A stretch of DNA of 62,374 bases, counting the filler, from Chiloscyllium plagiosum (Eukaryota): NCBI RefSeq assembly GCF_004010195.1. It is 4 parts of one record of this genome, joined end to end, with 100 filler letters (N's around TTAATTAATTAA, not from the genome) between each part and the next. Parts side by side here need not be neighbours in the genome. Positions count along the whole stretch, not along the records: positions 1 to 22,027 come from NC_057710.1; positions 22,128 to 44,289 come from NC_057710.1; 2 more parts are not named here. The stretch is one strand, 5' to 3'. The notes beneath the pieces are model-generated. The model made no database searches. It was not told where the DNA came from and saw nothing but the letters and a program-made list of their open reading frames with translations. Positions 13,535-25,459 of this stretch are shown here, in pieces; position 1 is the first letter of the stretch; the number at the start of each line of letters is the position of its first letter. Made by a program: the position numbers and the translations under genes.

Positions 13535-14668
13535 GTTGCAAGGTATTTTGTAAATGTTATTTGTTTTGTTTATTGTCTGTATAGGGTCTTTCAAGTTCAT
13601 TAGCTGCTGTTTTAGTGTATTGTTGGGTTTGTGGCTACCATGAAGCCAAGAGGTCTGAGTAGTCTGGCAGTCATTTCTGAGATGTCTTTGATGTAGGGGA
13701 GAGTGGCGAGGGTTTCTGGACGTGTTTTATCTGCTTTTTGGGGTTTGTTGCTGAGAAATCGGCAGACTGTGTTCATTGGGTATGCGTTCTTTTTGAATAC
13801 ACTGTATCAATGATTTTCCTCTGCTCTGCATAGTTCCTCTGTGCTGCAGTGTGTGTGGCTCATTGAAACAATGTTTTAATGCAGCTTCATTTATGGGTGT
13901 TGGGATAATTGCTTCTGTAGTTCAATATTTGGTCAGTATGTGTTGTTTTCCTGTAGACGCTGGTCTGAAGTTCCCCATTGGCTGTTTGCTCTATTGCAAC
14001 ATCTAAGAATGGCAATTAGTTGTTGTTTTCCTCATCTTTAGTTAATTTTATGCCAGTAAGGGTATTATTGATGGTCTTGAAGGTTTCCTCTAATTTGTTT
14101 CATTTGGTGATGACGAAAATGTCATCCACGTAGCAGACCCAAAGTTTGGATTGGATGGTTGGCAGAGCTTTTGTTCGAGTCTCTGCATTACTGCCTTTGC
14201 TAAGAACCGTGATATTGGAGATCCCATGGGTGTTCTGTTGGCTCATCTGTAGATTTTGTTGTTGAAAGTGAAGTGGTGGTAAGGCATACATCCGCTAGCT
14301 TGACAATATTGTTCTTGCTGATGAAGTTGATGGTGTTTGGTGTGTATATGCCTTTGGTTCTTCTAATAATATAGTCAGTTTTTCCTTGGCCAGGTTGATG
14401 GTGATGGATGTGAACAGGGCTGTTACATCAAAGGATCATTATTTCATCCTCTTCTATCTTGGTGTCTTTGGTCTTCAGGAATTCTTGGGTGGAGTGAATG
14501 GAGTGGCGTGAGTCTTCTACTAAATGTTTTAGTCTTTGGTGTAGCTTCTTGGCCAATCTGTAAGTTGGTGTTCCAGCTAGCGAGACTATGGGTCTCAGGG
14601 GGGTTCCTGATTTGTGAATTTTTGGGTAATCCGTAGAAACATGGTGTGTTGGATCTGTCTGGTTTCAT
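13535..14668 (-). mobile_element. Penelope-like element RT and start of GIY-YIG endonuclease, degenerate
   Basis: PCFYGLPK, LWVCYVDDIFVITK (YVDD) and NLKDP...NIYKIPC motifs in the minus-strand ORFs. Confidence 0.88.
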
Positions 14669-14669
14669 T

Positions 14670-15195
14670 CATAAGGCCGCACCTGGAGTATTGCATACAG
14701 TTCTGGTCACCGCATTATAGGAAGGATTTAGAAGTTTTAGAAAGGGTTCTGAGCAGATTTACTAATATGTTGCTTGGTATGTAAGGAAGGTCTTAAGAGG
14801 AAAGGCTGAGGGAACTGAGGCTGTTTTCGTTGGAGAGAAAGAGGTTGAGTGACTTAATTGAGACTTATAAAATAATTAGAGGGTTAAATAGGGTGGACAG
14901 AGAGATCCTTTTTCCATGGATGGTGAAGACTAACATGAGGGGACATAGCTTTAAATTGAGGGATGATAGATTTAGGACAGATATTTGGGGGTAGTGTCTT
15001 CACTCAGAGAATAGTAGGGGCGTGAAATGGCCTGCCTACAAAAGTAGTAGACTTGCCGACATTAAGGGCATTTAAATGGGCATTGGACATACATATGGAT
15101 AATAATGGAACTGTGTAGGTTAGATGGGCATCAGATTACTTTCAACATCGAGGGCTGAAGGGCCTGTACTGCACTGTAATGTTCTATGTTCTATG
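14670..15195 (+). mobile_element. CR1 LINE 3' end
   Basis: [18 protein letters not shown]; tail gggctgaagggcctgtactg..gttctatgttctatg. Confidence 0.9.
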
Positions 15196-15898
15196 AATGT
15201 ATAAGGGGTGTGATTTAAATATACTTTTTTTTTTGACTTTGGAATTTTCAATTTGAACTGATGGCATATGGGTTCTGTATGGATTTTGAAATGGTTTAAT
15301 GATTAACTTGTAACTATTTTTATAGCCATGATGATTTATTTTGAATTTTATGAGTGAAGAATTGAGAGTTAGGCTTCAATTTGGAAGGTCAGGGATTAAT
15401 TATTTTCTGCAAGACTAGATATATAAAGCAATTGCTTCCCAAAAAGGGATTTGATAGTTTAAAATTTTTTTTAAATAGTTTAAGAGTTTAGTAAAAGTTC
15501 CAGAGTAGCAATGCTTAGTTAAATAATGAAGAGGTTATTAGACACTGAGAAAGTTTATGTTTTTATATGGCAAATCAGGAATAGCATCAGCTGGGATCAT
15601 AAGTCCCCATGGAAGCTATACCTCTCCACTCACTCCCATCTTGCCAAGCTATATACTCCTACCTATTTCTCCATGCTCTAATGCCCCCAATGACAAGTTA
15701 TGGCATTTCCATGCCCTTTTACTCACTATATTGTGCAGAAGCAATCAAATCTCCAATAAAAATAGGATGCCAGAAAGAGCTTTTAAAATTATTCAATACT
15801 TTCCACCATGTTAAAAGATTTTTGAAAAAGTGTGTGTTTTGTGGTCTTATTCAAGCAGACTGTAGGCAGCCACATTCCTCATCTCTGCAGGTGTGTCT

Positions 15899-16048
15899 TC
15901 AGGACAGCTTTGCCCAATGACAAATGTTTGCTTGGTTTTTCAACAAGGACCAGTTGTGTGGGTTCTCGACATGGTAACGACTTCTTGGTTGTTTCCAAGG
16001 TGAATAGTCACACATTTGTGTTTGAACAATACAGGAGAAACATCCAAC
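15899..16048 (-). CDS. Candidate terminal coding exon of an unidentified gene
   Basis: Non-repeat sequence; acceptor tgttttttatcacag; phase-0 reading VGCFSCIVQTQMCDYSPWKQPRSRYHVENPHNWSLLKNQANICHWAKLS* is compatible with the exon at 20405-20569. Confidence 0.4.
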   Translation of the reverse strand, partial: VGCFSCIVQTQMCDYSPWKQPRSRYHVENPHNWSLLKNQANICHWAKLS

Positions 16049-16397
16049 CTGTGATAAAAAACACGTCACTCTCCCTCTTTCCCTTTTGTGAGGAAATGAG
16101 CATTCCAAGAAATTAGCTACTCTTTTTGTTGAAAGGAAAAAGTATTTAAAAAAAACTTTTCAGAGACACTAAACTAGTTTCTCTGTTCACAATCCCAGGT
16201 TCCGAAAGGGATCGGAAGGGAAAAGAAGAACACTCCATAAACATCTATGATCTGGACTAGTGCCAGAATTGTATTTCACTGATTTTTTTTCTCTTCTTTC
16301 CCTACCTGTCTAATACTTGTCTCTTGTTTCTTAATTCTGGATCAGTGGTGCTGGAAGAGCACAGCAATTCAGGCAGCATCCGACGAGCAGCAAAATC

Positions 16398-16425
16398 GAC
16401 GTTTCGGGCAAAAGCCCTTCATCAG
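16398..16425 (-). ncRNA. Minimal hammerhead ribozyme motif
   Basis: Minus strand CUGAUGA-A-GGGC(UUUU)GCCC-GAAA-C-GUC. Confidence 0.72.
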
Positions 16426-16489
16426 GAATAAAGGCAGAGAGCCTGAAGCATGGAAAGATAAGCACGCTTCAGGGTCTCTGCCTTTATTC

Positions 16490-16517
16490 CTGATGAAGGG
16501 CTTTTGCCCGAAACATC
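16490..16517 (+). ncRNA. Minimal hammerhead ribozyme motif (GUC changed to AUC)
   Basis: CUGAUGA-A-GGGC(UUUU)GCCC-GAAA-C-AUC; mirror image of 16398-16425. Confidence 0.6.
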
Positions 16518-16559
16518 GATTTTGCTGCTCGTCGGAAGCTGCCTGAATTGCTGTGCTTT

Positions 16560-16890
16560 TTTTTTAGATTAGATTAGATTAGATTACTTACAGTGTGGAA
16601 ACAGGCCCTTCGGCCCAACAAGTCCACACCGACCCGCCGAAGCGCACCCACCCAGACCTCTTCCCTTACATTTACCCTTTACCTCACATTACGGGCAATT
16701 TAGCACGGCCAATTCACCTGACCTGCACATTTTTGGACTGTGGGAGGAAACCGGAGCACCCAGAGGAAACCCACGCAGACACGGGGAGAACGTGCAAACT
16801 CCACACAGTCAGTCGCCTGAGGCGGGAATTGAACCCGGGTCTCTGGCGCTGTGAGGCAGCAGTGCTAACCACTGTGCCACCATGCCGCCC
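16560..16890 (-). mobile_element. Young HE1-type SINE
   Basis: Full head (gggcggcatggtggcacagtggttagc) to (TCTAA)n plus A tail; CpGs largely intact. Confidence 0.93.
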
Positions 16891-17274
16891 ACCACCACTC
16901 TTCCAGCACCACTGATCCAGAATCTGGTTTCCAGCATCTGCAGTCATTGTTTTTACCTCTTGTTTCTTAATGTCGGCCTATAGGTATTTTTTAGAAGTTA
17001 AAGAGGATTATGTTAGTATTTGTTTCTTTTACACTGAGTTTGTCAGTCAGGTAAATTGAGGAATTTGGACAGTTTGATTAAATCTTTTCACATCTGTGAT
17101 GCCTCTTGGAATCAAATTACTTGATTTCCATTTCATTACACCAGTTTTCATAATAAAGTTTGCAGGCTTTTCAGTAGGACTTTGAAACAAAGACAATGTA
17201 AAAGTGGACATGAAGTTGGAATAAGTGATTAGGTTAAATGGATAAACTCCAGGTTTGGACCACAGAAATACCAC

Positions 17275-17660
17275 AGACAATACTGGAAACTATTATAGCA
17301 TTCCTTCAAGTGGAAGAGCTGTCACTGACCACCTTAAAAGAGATCATAAAAGAAAGGTTAACTGAATTGTAGGATAAATTAGAAATGGAGTTGTTTGCCA
17401 CAGCTAAGAAGGCAGACATACCTGAAGAACTTGCACAACATTTGGGTTTAATAGAAATAAAGGAGAAACTGGACTCTCTAAGTAGTGAGGCATCAGAATT
17501 AGTTCATATTGAGTTACAATTTAAGCAGTTTGATTAAGAAAACGGAACTAGACGCTTAAAAAAAATCTGAATTTCAGAGAGAAGATAAGATAAGAAAAGG
17601 GAAATGGAAGTGAAAGTGATGGAAGTGGAAAGGCTGGAATGAAGCATGTAAAAAAGAAAG
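17275..17660 (+). mobile_element. Possible Gypsy gag N-terminal remnant
   Basis: Translates as LETIIAFLQVEELSLTTLKEIIKERLTEL*DKLEMELFATAKKADIPEELAQHLGL followed by an E/K-rich coiled-coil-like stretch; has stops. Confidence 0.45.
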
Positions 17661-17967
17661 CTATTCTTACCACTAAGATTCTGGTCTCAGTCAGTTCAGC
17701 TGGATCACATCCCAGCAGTATTGTTCCTTCCTGGACCAGTACTGGTGCCAGTGTTCCATGAAAAAGTACCCTTCCATCCAATGACACCTTCTTCAGCCAT
17801 GTGTTCACTTCACTCATCACCATACCATATGTCAATTTGGATATGGCGTGGGACATAATCTAGAGACTATAAGATTTGAAGTCTTATTCTTTAATTTACT
17901 TCCTAGTACTTTCATACAATACCTCTTGCCTACACTTCACTATGTTTTTGGTCCCAATATCTTGCCA

Positions 17968-18041
17968 ATCTCTGTGGTGCAATTAGTCAGCACGTTTGGC
18001 TGTTAACTGAAAGGTTGGAGGTTCGAAACCACCCAGGGATG
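17968..18041 (+). pseudogene. tRNA-Asn(GTT)-derived pseudogene
   Basis: 74 nt colinear with vertebrate tRNA-Asn (ctgGTTaa-type loop ggctgttaactg, T-loop ggttcga); most differences are CpG transitions; no oligo-T terminator follows. Confidence 0.8.
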
Positions 18042-18075
18042 GAGTGCTCATTGTTCCCACTCCAACTGCTTTCTT

Positions 18076-18390
18076 GGGGCGGCAGTGGCTCAGTGGTTAG
18101 CACTGTTGCCTCACAACACCAGGGACCCAGGTTCAATTCCAGCCTCGGGCGACGGTCTGTATGGAGTTTGCACATTCTCCCCGTATCTGTGTGGGTTTCC
18201 TCCAGGTGCTCCGGTTTCCTCCCACGGTCCAAAGATGTGCAGGTCAGGTGAATTGGCCATTCTAAATCGCCTATAGTGTTAGGTGCATTAGTCAGAGGGC
18301 AATGGGTCTGGGTGGGTTACTCTTCGGAGAGTCGGTGTGGACTTGTTGGGCCTAGGGGCCTGTTTCCACATTGTAGGGAATCTAATCTCA
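18076..18390 (+). mobile_element. HE1-type SINE
   Basis: Same head, body and tail as 4996-5310. Confidence 0.9.
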
Positions 18391-18569
18391 TATGGATCAC
18401 AATGGCTGGATCCACCTATTCCATCTTCATTATCTCTTTGAGTTTTCAGACTGTCATATTAGCATCAGAAAGATAGCATCGGGAATTATGCAGAAAAGAA
18501 ACTTTGGCCGCAAGTCTATTAGGCAATAATCAGCACATAATATCCTAGTGTTTTTTTTTCTTAAGGTTC

Positions 18570-19160
18570 ATCCTGAGCAATTCTGTGATGTAGGACTCTG
18601 TTCTCCATAGGTCACAAACTGTTCCTAAATGCATAACAAGATTAACATCAACTGCAGCTGGAGGTCCATCAATTACGTGAAAGCTGCTCTGTGGTCTGCC
18701 TGATACTTACTGGTCTTCCAATGACTGAGTTGCAGACTGGAACATTCAAAGTGGAGGACTATGTACTCAGGGGTGCACTAAAGCTTTGTGTAGTCACCAC
18801 AAGGATTCAGTGGGAAAAGTCACTGTCTAACTTCATTTAAGCCATGATATGCTGAGGAACTCGAATGTGTAGAACCCACCTGGACTGTGTGCCTTACCAA
18901 CAATGTATATTGTGAAGACTAACAATAGTGAGGGATCTCATATTGGAATTTCCAATTTGTACTGGTTTCCCGTCAGGCTGTATGGCTGACTTTTTTTTGT
19001 TTTGTTATTCACTCATGAGATGAGGGCTGGGTCAGCATTTATTGCCTGTCCCTATGGAATGTATTTTGAAAATATTATGACTATTACAATCATACTGTAT
19101 GGTCAAGTTAAACTTTATTGCAAATTCTGCAATATTCATTAAAATGTTTCGTAAAGCATT
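18570..19160 (+). mobile_element. Tx1-like LINE 3' end remnant
   Basis: ALWSA..LLVFQ...SK.EDYVLRGALKL, typical of the Tx1 ORF2 C-terminus. Confidence 0.55.
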
Positions 19161-19169
19161 TTATTTTCA

Positions 19170-19885
19170 GTTTGAGAGTGGGAAACTTGGATTGGAAACA
19201 ACTGTGATTAAACTCTCAGACAATGAACCTGGGGAATGGTTTTGAGGAACAAGGAAATGGCAGAGGAGTTAAATATATATTTACCATCAGTCTTTATGAT
19301 GGAAGACCATAAGAAAGCTAGCACAGAGGTGCAGCAGGTAAATAGGAAGCCTATTTCAAAGGGATTGGAGTATGAGATTAGGAGAAGTCTCATCTGGAAT
19401 ACTGTGAGCAGTTTTGGTCTGCTTATTTAGGAAAGATATGGTTTCATTAAAGACTTTTCACAGAAGGTCCACTGGGATGATCCCTAGTATGAAGGGACTG
19501 CCTTAGGAGCAAAAACTAAACAGGTTGGATCTCTACTCACTGGAATTTAGAATAATTTGAGATGATTTTCCTGAAACATGTGGGATTCTTAGGGGGCTTA
19601 ATAAGGTAAATGCTCAGAAAAGGGTGCCAAATTAATTCTGCGATGAGGAGGAATGTCTTCTCTCAGAGAGTTGTGAATCTTTGGAACTCTTTGTAACAGA
19701 GAGCTGTGGGGAAGAGTCCTTATACATATTTAAGGCTGAGATAGATAGATTGGAATCAAGGGTTATAGGAAAAAGCAGGAAAGTGGATGAAAGAGGAATG
19801 TTGGCGATCAGCCATGTTCCTACTGAATGGTGAAGCAGGTTCAAGGTGCCAAATGGTCTAGCCCTGTTCCTATTTCTGTGTTCTT
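19170..19885 (+). mobile_element. Old CR1 fragments with 3' end
   Basis: NKEMAEELN.Y..SVF and HLEYCEQFWS motifs; 3' tail. Confidence 0.75.
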
Positions 19886-20404
19886 ATTTTCAAACTGTGT
19901 AAGTCAAAAGACAGAATAACATCTTGACTCTGCATCATTCTTACAAAGGGTGTACCTGTATCACTAATTACAGAATATTCCACAACTGTTCATTTTAGCT
20001 GCTTCTCCTCTCTCTGGACACCTCGATCAGCAAGGCGTAATGGTCCACATTCTGCTCCTCGGATGCTGCCTGACCTGCTGTGCTTTTCCAGCACCACTCT
20101 AATCTAGACTCTGATTTCCAGCATCTGCAGTCCTCAATTTTGCCCATTCAACTTTGTCTGCCATAGATTAGTCTATATTTTAGTTTGTTGTAAGTTTATT
20201 TATTTTTCTGTGCATGAGCCTGCTCTCAGCATCAGAACAGTGGACAAACATTTTAAATATTTATTCCTTTAAGCTTACACAAGCCAGTACAAAAATTATT
20301 ATGGAACAGGGTCTGCTTGTTACCTTCTAGGCAGGTTCAAAGGTGCACACCTAGACAAATTAGGAACACAGTGTGGGAAGCATGAATAAAGTAAATATAA
20401 ATAC

Positions 20405-20569
20405 CTGTCTGTATGGCTGTTCAGGATGATTTTGTTCCTTACGTTGTACTTGCTTTGGTTGCTGACGGTAAGGAGTTCTGACCAAAGTTCCTCTGAGATG
20501 TTTATACAGATTACTTTTGAGACACTGTGGGTTCAAAGTTGATTCCACATCGAGCCCTTCCAATATGCC
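20405..20569 (-). CDS. Candidate internal coding exon of an unidentified gene
   Basis: Acceptor tttatttggtattcttacag, donor CAG|gtattt, 165 bp, only phase 0 is open: GILEGLDVESTLNPQCLKSNLYKHLRGTLVRTPYRQQPKQVQRKEQNHPEQPYRQ. Confidence 0.55.
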
Positions 20570-20774
20570 CTGTAAGAATACCAAATAAACATTGTTTTGT
20601 GAGGTTATGGATCGCAGAACACCTGAAGAGTCAGTGGGGAACATATTCCTGCTGGGACTGTGATGAAATGAATGTTCCCAAGAAGTTAGCTACTCTTTTT
20701 TTTCTCTTTCTTGAACCTGTGCATTAACATATTTCTTACATATCTAAGCATCATACCAGCACTGAAATTCATAT

Positions 20775-21825
20775 GCCTTAGTACTCACTGTCCACTGGAA
20801 TAGTGCCAGATGATTGGAGAGTGGCAAATGTTATTCCCTTTTTCAAGAAAGGGAATTGTATAACCCTGGGAGTTACAGACCAGACAGTGGTGGGCAAATT
20901 ATTGGAAAGGATTCTGAGACAAAGTTTATAATTATTTGGAAAAGCATAGTTTAATTAGAGGTAGTCAGCATGGCTTTGTGATGGGGACTGTATGCGTCAC
21001 AAGCCGTACTGAATTCTCTGAGGATGTGACAAAACACATTGAAGAAGGTGGAGCAGTGGATGTGGTGTACATGGATTTTAGCAGGGGATTTGGTAAGATT
21101 CCCTATGGTAGGCTCATTCAGAAAGTAAGGAGGCAAGGGATAAAGGGAAATTTGTCTGTCTGGATACAGAATTGGCAGGACGGTAGAAGACAGAGAGTGG
21201 TAGTAGGTGGAAAGTATTCAGCCTGGAGCTCGGTGACCAATGGTGTTCCGTAAGGATCAGTTCTGGGAACTCTGCTCTTTGTGACTTTTATAAATGGATG
21301 AAGAAGTGAAAGGGTTGGTTAATAAGTTTGCTGATGACATGAAGGTTGATGGAGTTGTGGATAGTGTGGAGGGGTGTTGTAGCTTGCAATGGGACATGAC
21401 AGAATACAGAGCTGGTCTGAGAAGTGGCAGATGGAGTTCAATCTGGAAAAGTGTGAAGTGATTCATTTTGGAAGGTCAAATTTGAATGCCGATTGCAGGG
21501 TTAAAAGCAGGATTCTTGGCAATGTGGAGGAACTGAGGAATCTTGGGGTCTGCATCCATAGAGCCTTCAAAGTTGTCACTCAAGTTGGTAGGGTTGTTAA
21601 GAAGACATATGGTGTGTTGGCTTTCATTAGCAGTGGGATTGAGTTTAAGAGCCACAAGATTATGCTGCAGCTCCATAGAGCCATGGTTGGACAACACTTG
21701 GAGTATTGTGTTCAGTTCTAGTCACCTCATTATAGGAACGACGTAGAAGCTTTTGAGAGGGTGCAGGGATTTACCAGGATGCTGCCTATACTAGAGGGCA
21801 CATCTTATGAAGGAAAGTTGAGGGT
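20775..21825 (+). mobile_element. CR1 LINE RT fragment
   Basis: SQHGF, VDVVYMDFS, KWQMEFN..KCEVIHFG motifs. Confidence 0.9.
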
Positions 21826-22027
21826 TAGAACATAGAAGAATACAGCGCAGTACAGGCCCTTCGGCCCTCGATGTTGCGCCGATCCAAGCCCACCTAACCT
21901 ACACTAGCCCACTATCCTCCATATGCCTATCCAATGCCCGCTTAAATGCCCATAATGAGGGAGAGTCCACCACTGCTACTGGCAGGGCATTCCATGAACT
22001 CACGACTCACTGAGTAAAGAACCTACC
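21826..22027 (-). mobile_element. Young CR1 3' end at contig edge
   Basis: agaacatagaa tail followed by caggcccttcggccctcgatgttg. Confidence 0.85.
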
Positions 22028-22127
22028 NNNNNNNNNNNNNNNNNNNNNNNNNNNNNNNNNNNNNNNNNNNNTTAATTAATTAANNNNNNNNNNNNNNNNN
22101 NNNNNNNNNNNNNNNNNNNNNNNNNNN
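22028..22127. other. Artificial contig spacer
   Basis: 44 N + TTAATTAATTAA + 44 N. Confidence 0.98.
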
Positions 22128-22525
22128 CCTTCCAGCCTTCCCTTTCACCCTGACAGGAATATACTTTCTCTGGATTCTCATTATCTTATTTCTGAAGGCT
22201 TCCCATTTTCCAGCTGTCCCGTTACCTGTGAACATCAGCTTTCGAAAGTTCTTGCCTAATACCGTCAAAATTGGCCTTTCTCCAATTTAGAACTTCAACT
22301 TTTAGATCTGGTCTATCCTTTTCCATCACTATTTTAAAATGAATAGAATTATGGTCGCTGGCCCCAAAGTGCTCCCCCACTGACACCTCAGTCACCTGCC
22401 CTGCCTTATTTCCCAAGAGTAGGTCAGGTTTTGCACCTTCTCTAGTAGGTACATCCACATATTGAATCAGAAAATTGTCTTGTACATACTTAAGAAATTC
22501 CTCTCCATCTAAACCTTTAACACTG
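22128..22525 (-). mobile_element. CR1 APE fragment
   Basis: PTREGAKPDLLLGN...EHFGASDHNSIHF. Confidence 0.9.
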
Positions 22526-22549
22526 TGTTAGTTTGAACATGATTGGACT

Positions 22550-23010
22550 GAATAGAACAGAAATTTATTGTCACGTGTACTTTTATATGAAAAATACAGT
22601 GAAAAGTTTATAAGTCACCCTATCACAATGTCGATACTAATGACTGAAGTCATGCATAACAATAAAAAAGTAAAATTAAGACAAAGTTCATCACAGTTCA
22701 GTTAATGGCTCTTGGGCTTAGGTAAAACGATTAAGGATAAAAGGAATACCCAGAGCACTCAGCCAGAACAACACTACGATTTGTTGACAAGTCTGTCGTT
22801 CCTGGGTGAGACTGTAATACTGAGCGGGAAGTTTCTGCCGAAGAAGACCACCATGCCAGGCCAAGACCATCGCTCATGGATGAGACCACTTGATGGGGCG
22901 CCAGAAAACATGGAAGCCGACACCGAAGAAGACCTCCACGCCAGGATAAGACCACCACATTGGGAAACTGACACACCTGGCCACTGGAAGCAATCTCATC
23001 GCTGGGCCAG
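22550..23010 (-). mobile_element. Non-autonomous element with LINE-like (Rex/L2-type) tail
   Basis: aatttattgtcacgtgtac..tacagtgaaaag tail followed by a GC-richer body; related pieces at about 23785-24080, 30730-31165 and 41600-42095. Confidence 0.45.
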
Positions 23011-23584
23011 GAAGAGATGCTTTCTGCAGAAGCCGTTAAATGGTAAGATAAGCTTGGTAATAACTATAATAATGGGAAGCATTAAAAATGCAAAGAAAGA
23101 AGGAAAATGTATAAGCAAACAGAGCAAATGCTGCACTGCTACTCCATCGCAATTTTGGTTATCGTTGGATAATGTGGTCATATGTGCTAACTTGGAATAT
23201 CTTCTACATAAACATTGCTGGACAGAGATATGCATGAGTGAGGTGTAAACATTTTATTGGAAATTATTATGGTGAGAAATAGTTGATCAGAAATTTGTTA
23301 CCTGTAAAGTTGGTATAAAACAATTGTTCTTGTGATAAAAACTTGAGCTGTTCACCATTTTTTGATATGTATATATCCCATGAATGCATGAATAAATACT
23401 TAAACAAAGGATCTGAATCTTGTCCGGTCCAAGAGGAAATAAAGGGTTAAACTGACCCTTCAGATTGCCCATTTCAAACAGAGAAGAGGAAAATATTTTC
23501 TCTTTGGAATTCTCTTATTCTAAAGCAGGAGGTGCGGAATCTTTAAGCATTTTTAAGGCAGAGATTGACAGGTTCTTAATCCAG

Positions 23585-23770
23585 GAGAAAGTGAGGACTG
23601 CAGATGCTGGAGATCAGAGCTTAAAAATGTGTTGCTGGAAAAGCGCAGCAGGTCAGGCAGCATCAAAGGAACAGGAGAATTGACATTTCGGGCATAAGCC
23701 CAAAACGTCGATTCTCCTGTTCCTTTGATGTTGCCTGACCTGCTGCGCTTTTCCGCAACACATTTTTAGA
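23585..23770. mobile_element. Fold-back Penelope insertion
   Basis: Inverted arms meeting at gggcataagccc; TSD ttcttaatccag at 23573-23584 and 23771-23782. Confidence 0.88.
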
Positions 23771-24559
23771 TTCTTAATCCAGCCTGACGCAGTGGCACCC
23801 TGACATGGTGACCTATTGGTCTGGTGTAGCTGCCTCCCAGCGTGGCATCCTCCTGGCCAGGCATGGTGGCCTGAAGCGATCTCCCAATCTCATGATTCTC
23901 AAGGTGAAGCCCGGTATGAGCTGGAGATTAGGTGCCAGCATGGTCTGGGTGGGAAGACCGTGGTTCTGAACTTTTATTTCTGCAATGCTGGACATTTTAT
24001 TTCTCTATTTTCTACAAAATTGTAACTGACTTTTCATTATATTCATCGAGTATAATGTGACAATAAAAGCTCATTTTAATTCTAATCAAGGAGATGAAAG
24101 AGTATCGGGGTATGCAGAAATGTAAAGTTGAGGTGAAAATCAGAATGGTCACAAACTTATAGAATGGCAAAGCAGGCTTGTTTCTTGTTTGTCTGTTTGT
24201 ACCTATGGCACTGAGGCCAGTGGTGCCATGCCTAAACAAATAGTCCAGCTGCACCTGGACAAATAATGCCTAGTTGCTGTAGACCCTTGAGATGCAACAT
24301 TGAGATTGCTGACATATAGCGTTGCAACTTCTCAAGGAAGACTTTGTGTCATAGAACATCATGCATGTGAAGTGACGTCTGACCTCACACTGCGACAGCT
24401 ATGATAATGCTGAACAGTGACACAAATAAACAGATTTGGTGGCACTCTGAACATATTTAAAAGATTCAGACTTTACTTACAATGCGATGTCACCAATATG
24501 CCCTTAAAAGGTTTTCTTTTCTCTTTCCCTCTGCATGAAGTCCCAAGTTCTACAGCTAG

Positions 24560-25143
24560 AATTGAATTGAATTGAATTTACTGGCACGTGTACCAAGACA
24601 CAGTGAAGAGCTTTATCTTACGAGAAATACAGGCAGATCACAAAGTTAAGTAGCATAGATAGTAAATAATAGTAAACAGCGGCAAAAACAAACACACAGG
24701 TACAGGCGAATGTTAAGAGTTTGTGAGTCCATTCAGTAATCTAATAACAGTAGGGTAGAAACTGTTACGAAACTGGCTGGTGCGTGTATTCAGGTTTCTG
24801 TACCTTTTCCCCGATGGTAGAGGTTGTAGAAAAACATTTGCCAGAGTGGGATGGATCTTTGAGAATGCTGGTGGTCTACCAGACAGTGCGGCTGGTAGAT
24901 GGATTCTATGGATGGGAGGCTGGCCTTTGTGATTGTCTGGGCTGAGTTCACCACTCTCTGTAACCGTCTCCGATCTTGAATGGAACAGTTGCCATACCAG
25001 GTACTGATACACCCAGACAGAATGCTCTCGATGGTGCATCTATCCAAGTGGGTAAGGGTATTCGCCATCATCCCAAATTTCCTCAGCTGCCTAAGGAAGA
25101 AGAGACGTTGTTGGGTCTTTGTAACCAGTGTGTCCACATGAAG
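24560..25143 (-). mobile_element. Rex1/Babar-type LINE 3' part
   Basis: QQRLFFLRQLRKFGM...CTIESILSGCISTWYGNC; (AATTC)n tail. Confidence 0.88.
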
Positions 25144-25155
25144 AAGGAGCCTCAC

Positions 25156-25210
25156 GTTGGTGCCCATTGGCAGTGGAGGTTTGGTCACGTGACCATTAAG
25201 GTTTTTGCGT
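25156..25210 (-). CDS. Candidate small coding exon
   Basis: Acceptor ggcttttacag, donor AAC|gtgagg, 55 bp, phase 2 to 0: (R)RKNLNGHVTKPPLPMGTN. Confidence 0.3.
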
Positions 25211-25459
25211 CTGTAAAAGCCAGACATGCTAAATCTAACCTTGCAAGACGCAAATGTACTCTTCTTTGCTTGAACTCCCACAGGTGAACAAGTCACAGGC
25301 AAATTGAAGATGCAAAGCTGTGCCACCTCTGGAGTCTAAAAGGAGATTTTTGAGGGGCCTTGGTATGGTTCTTCCTCCAGCTGTGTCACCCTACCTCCTT
25401 GTGAACTTTGACCATCTAGAGAGATCAAGGTAGCCTGTCACTGTCACCAATGCTGCTGA

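Larger units (their letters stand above)
16336..16956. mobile_element. Fold-back Penelope insertion with nested SINE
   Basis: Inverted arms centred near 16457; perfect 15-bp TSD ctcttgtttcttaat at 16321-16335 and 16957-16971. Confidence 0.88.

Noticed and set aside
22072..22083. TTAATTAATTAA as a biological motif (e.g. piggyBac TTAA site)
   Set aside because: Sits at the centre of symmetric N runs three times; an artificial linker
22712..23248. 178-aa ORF
   Set aside because: Runs from a repeat body into AT-rich flank, with no recognisable domain or splice signals
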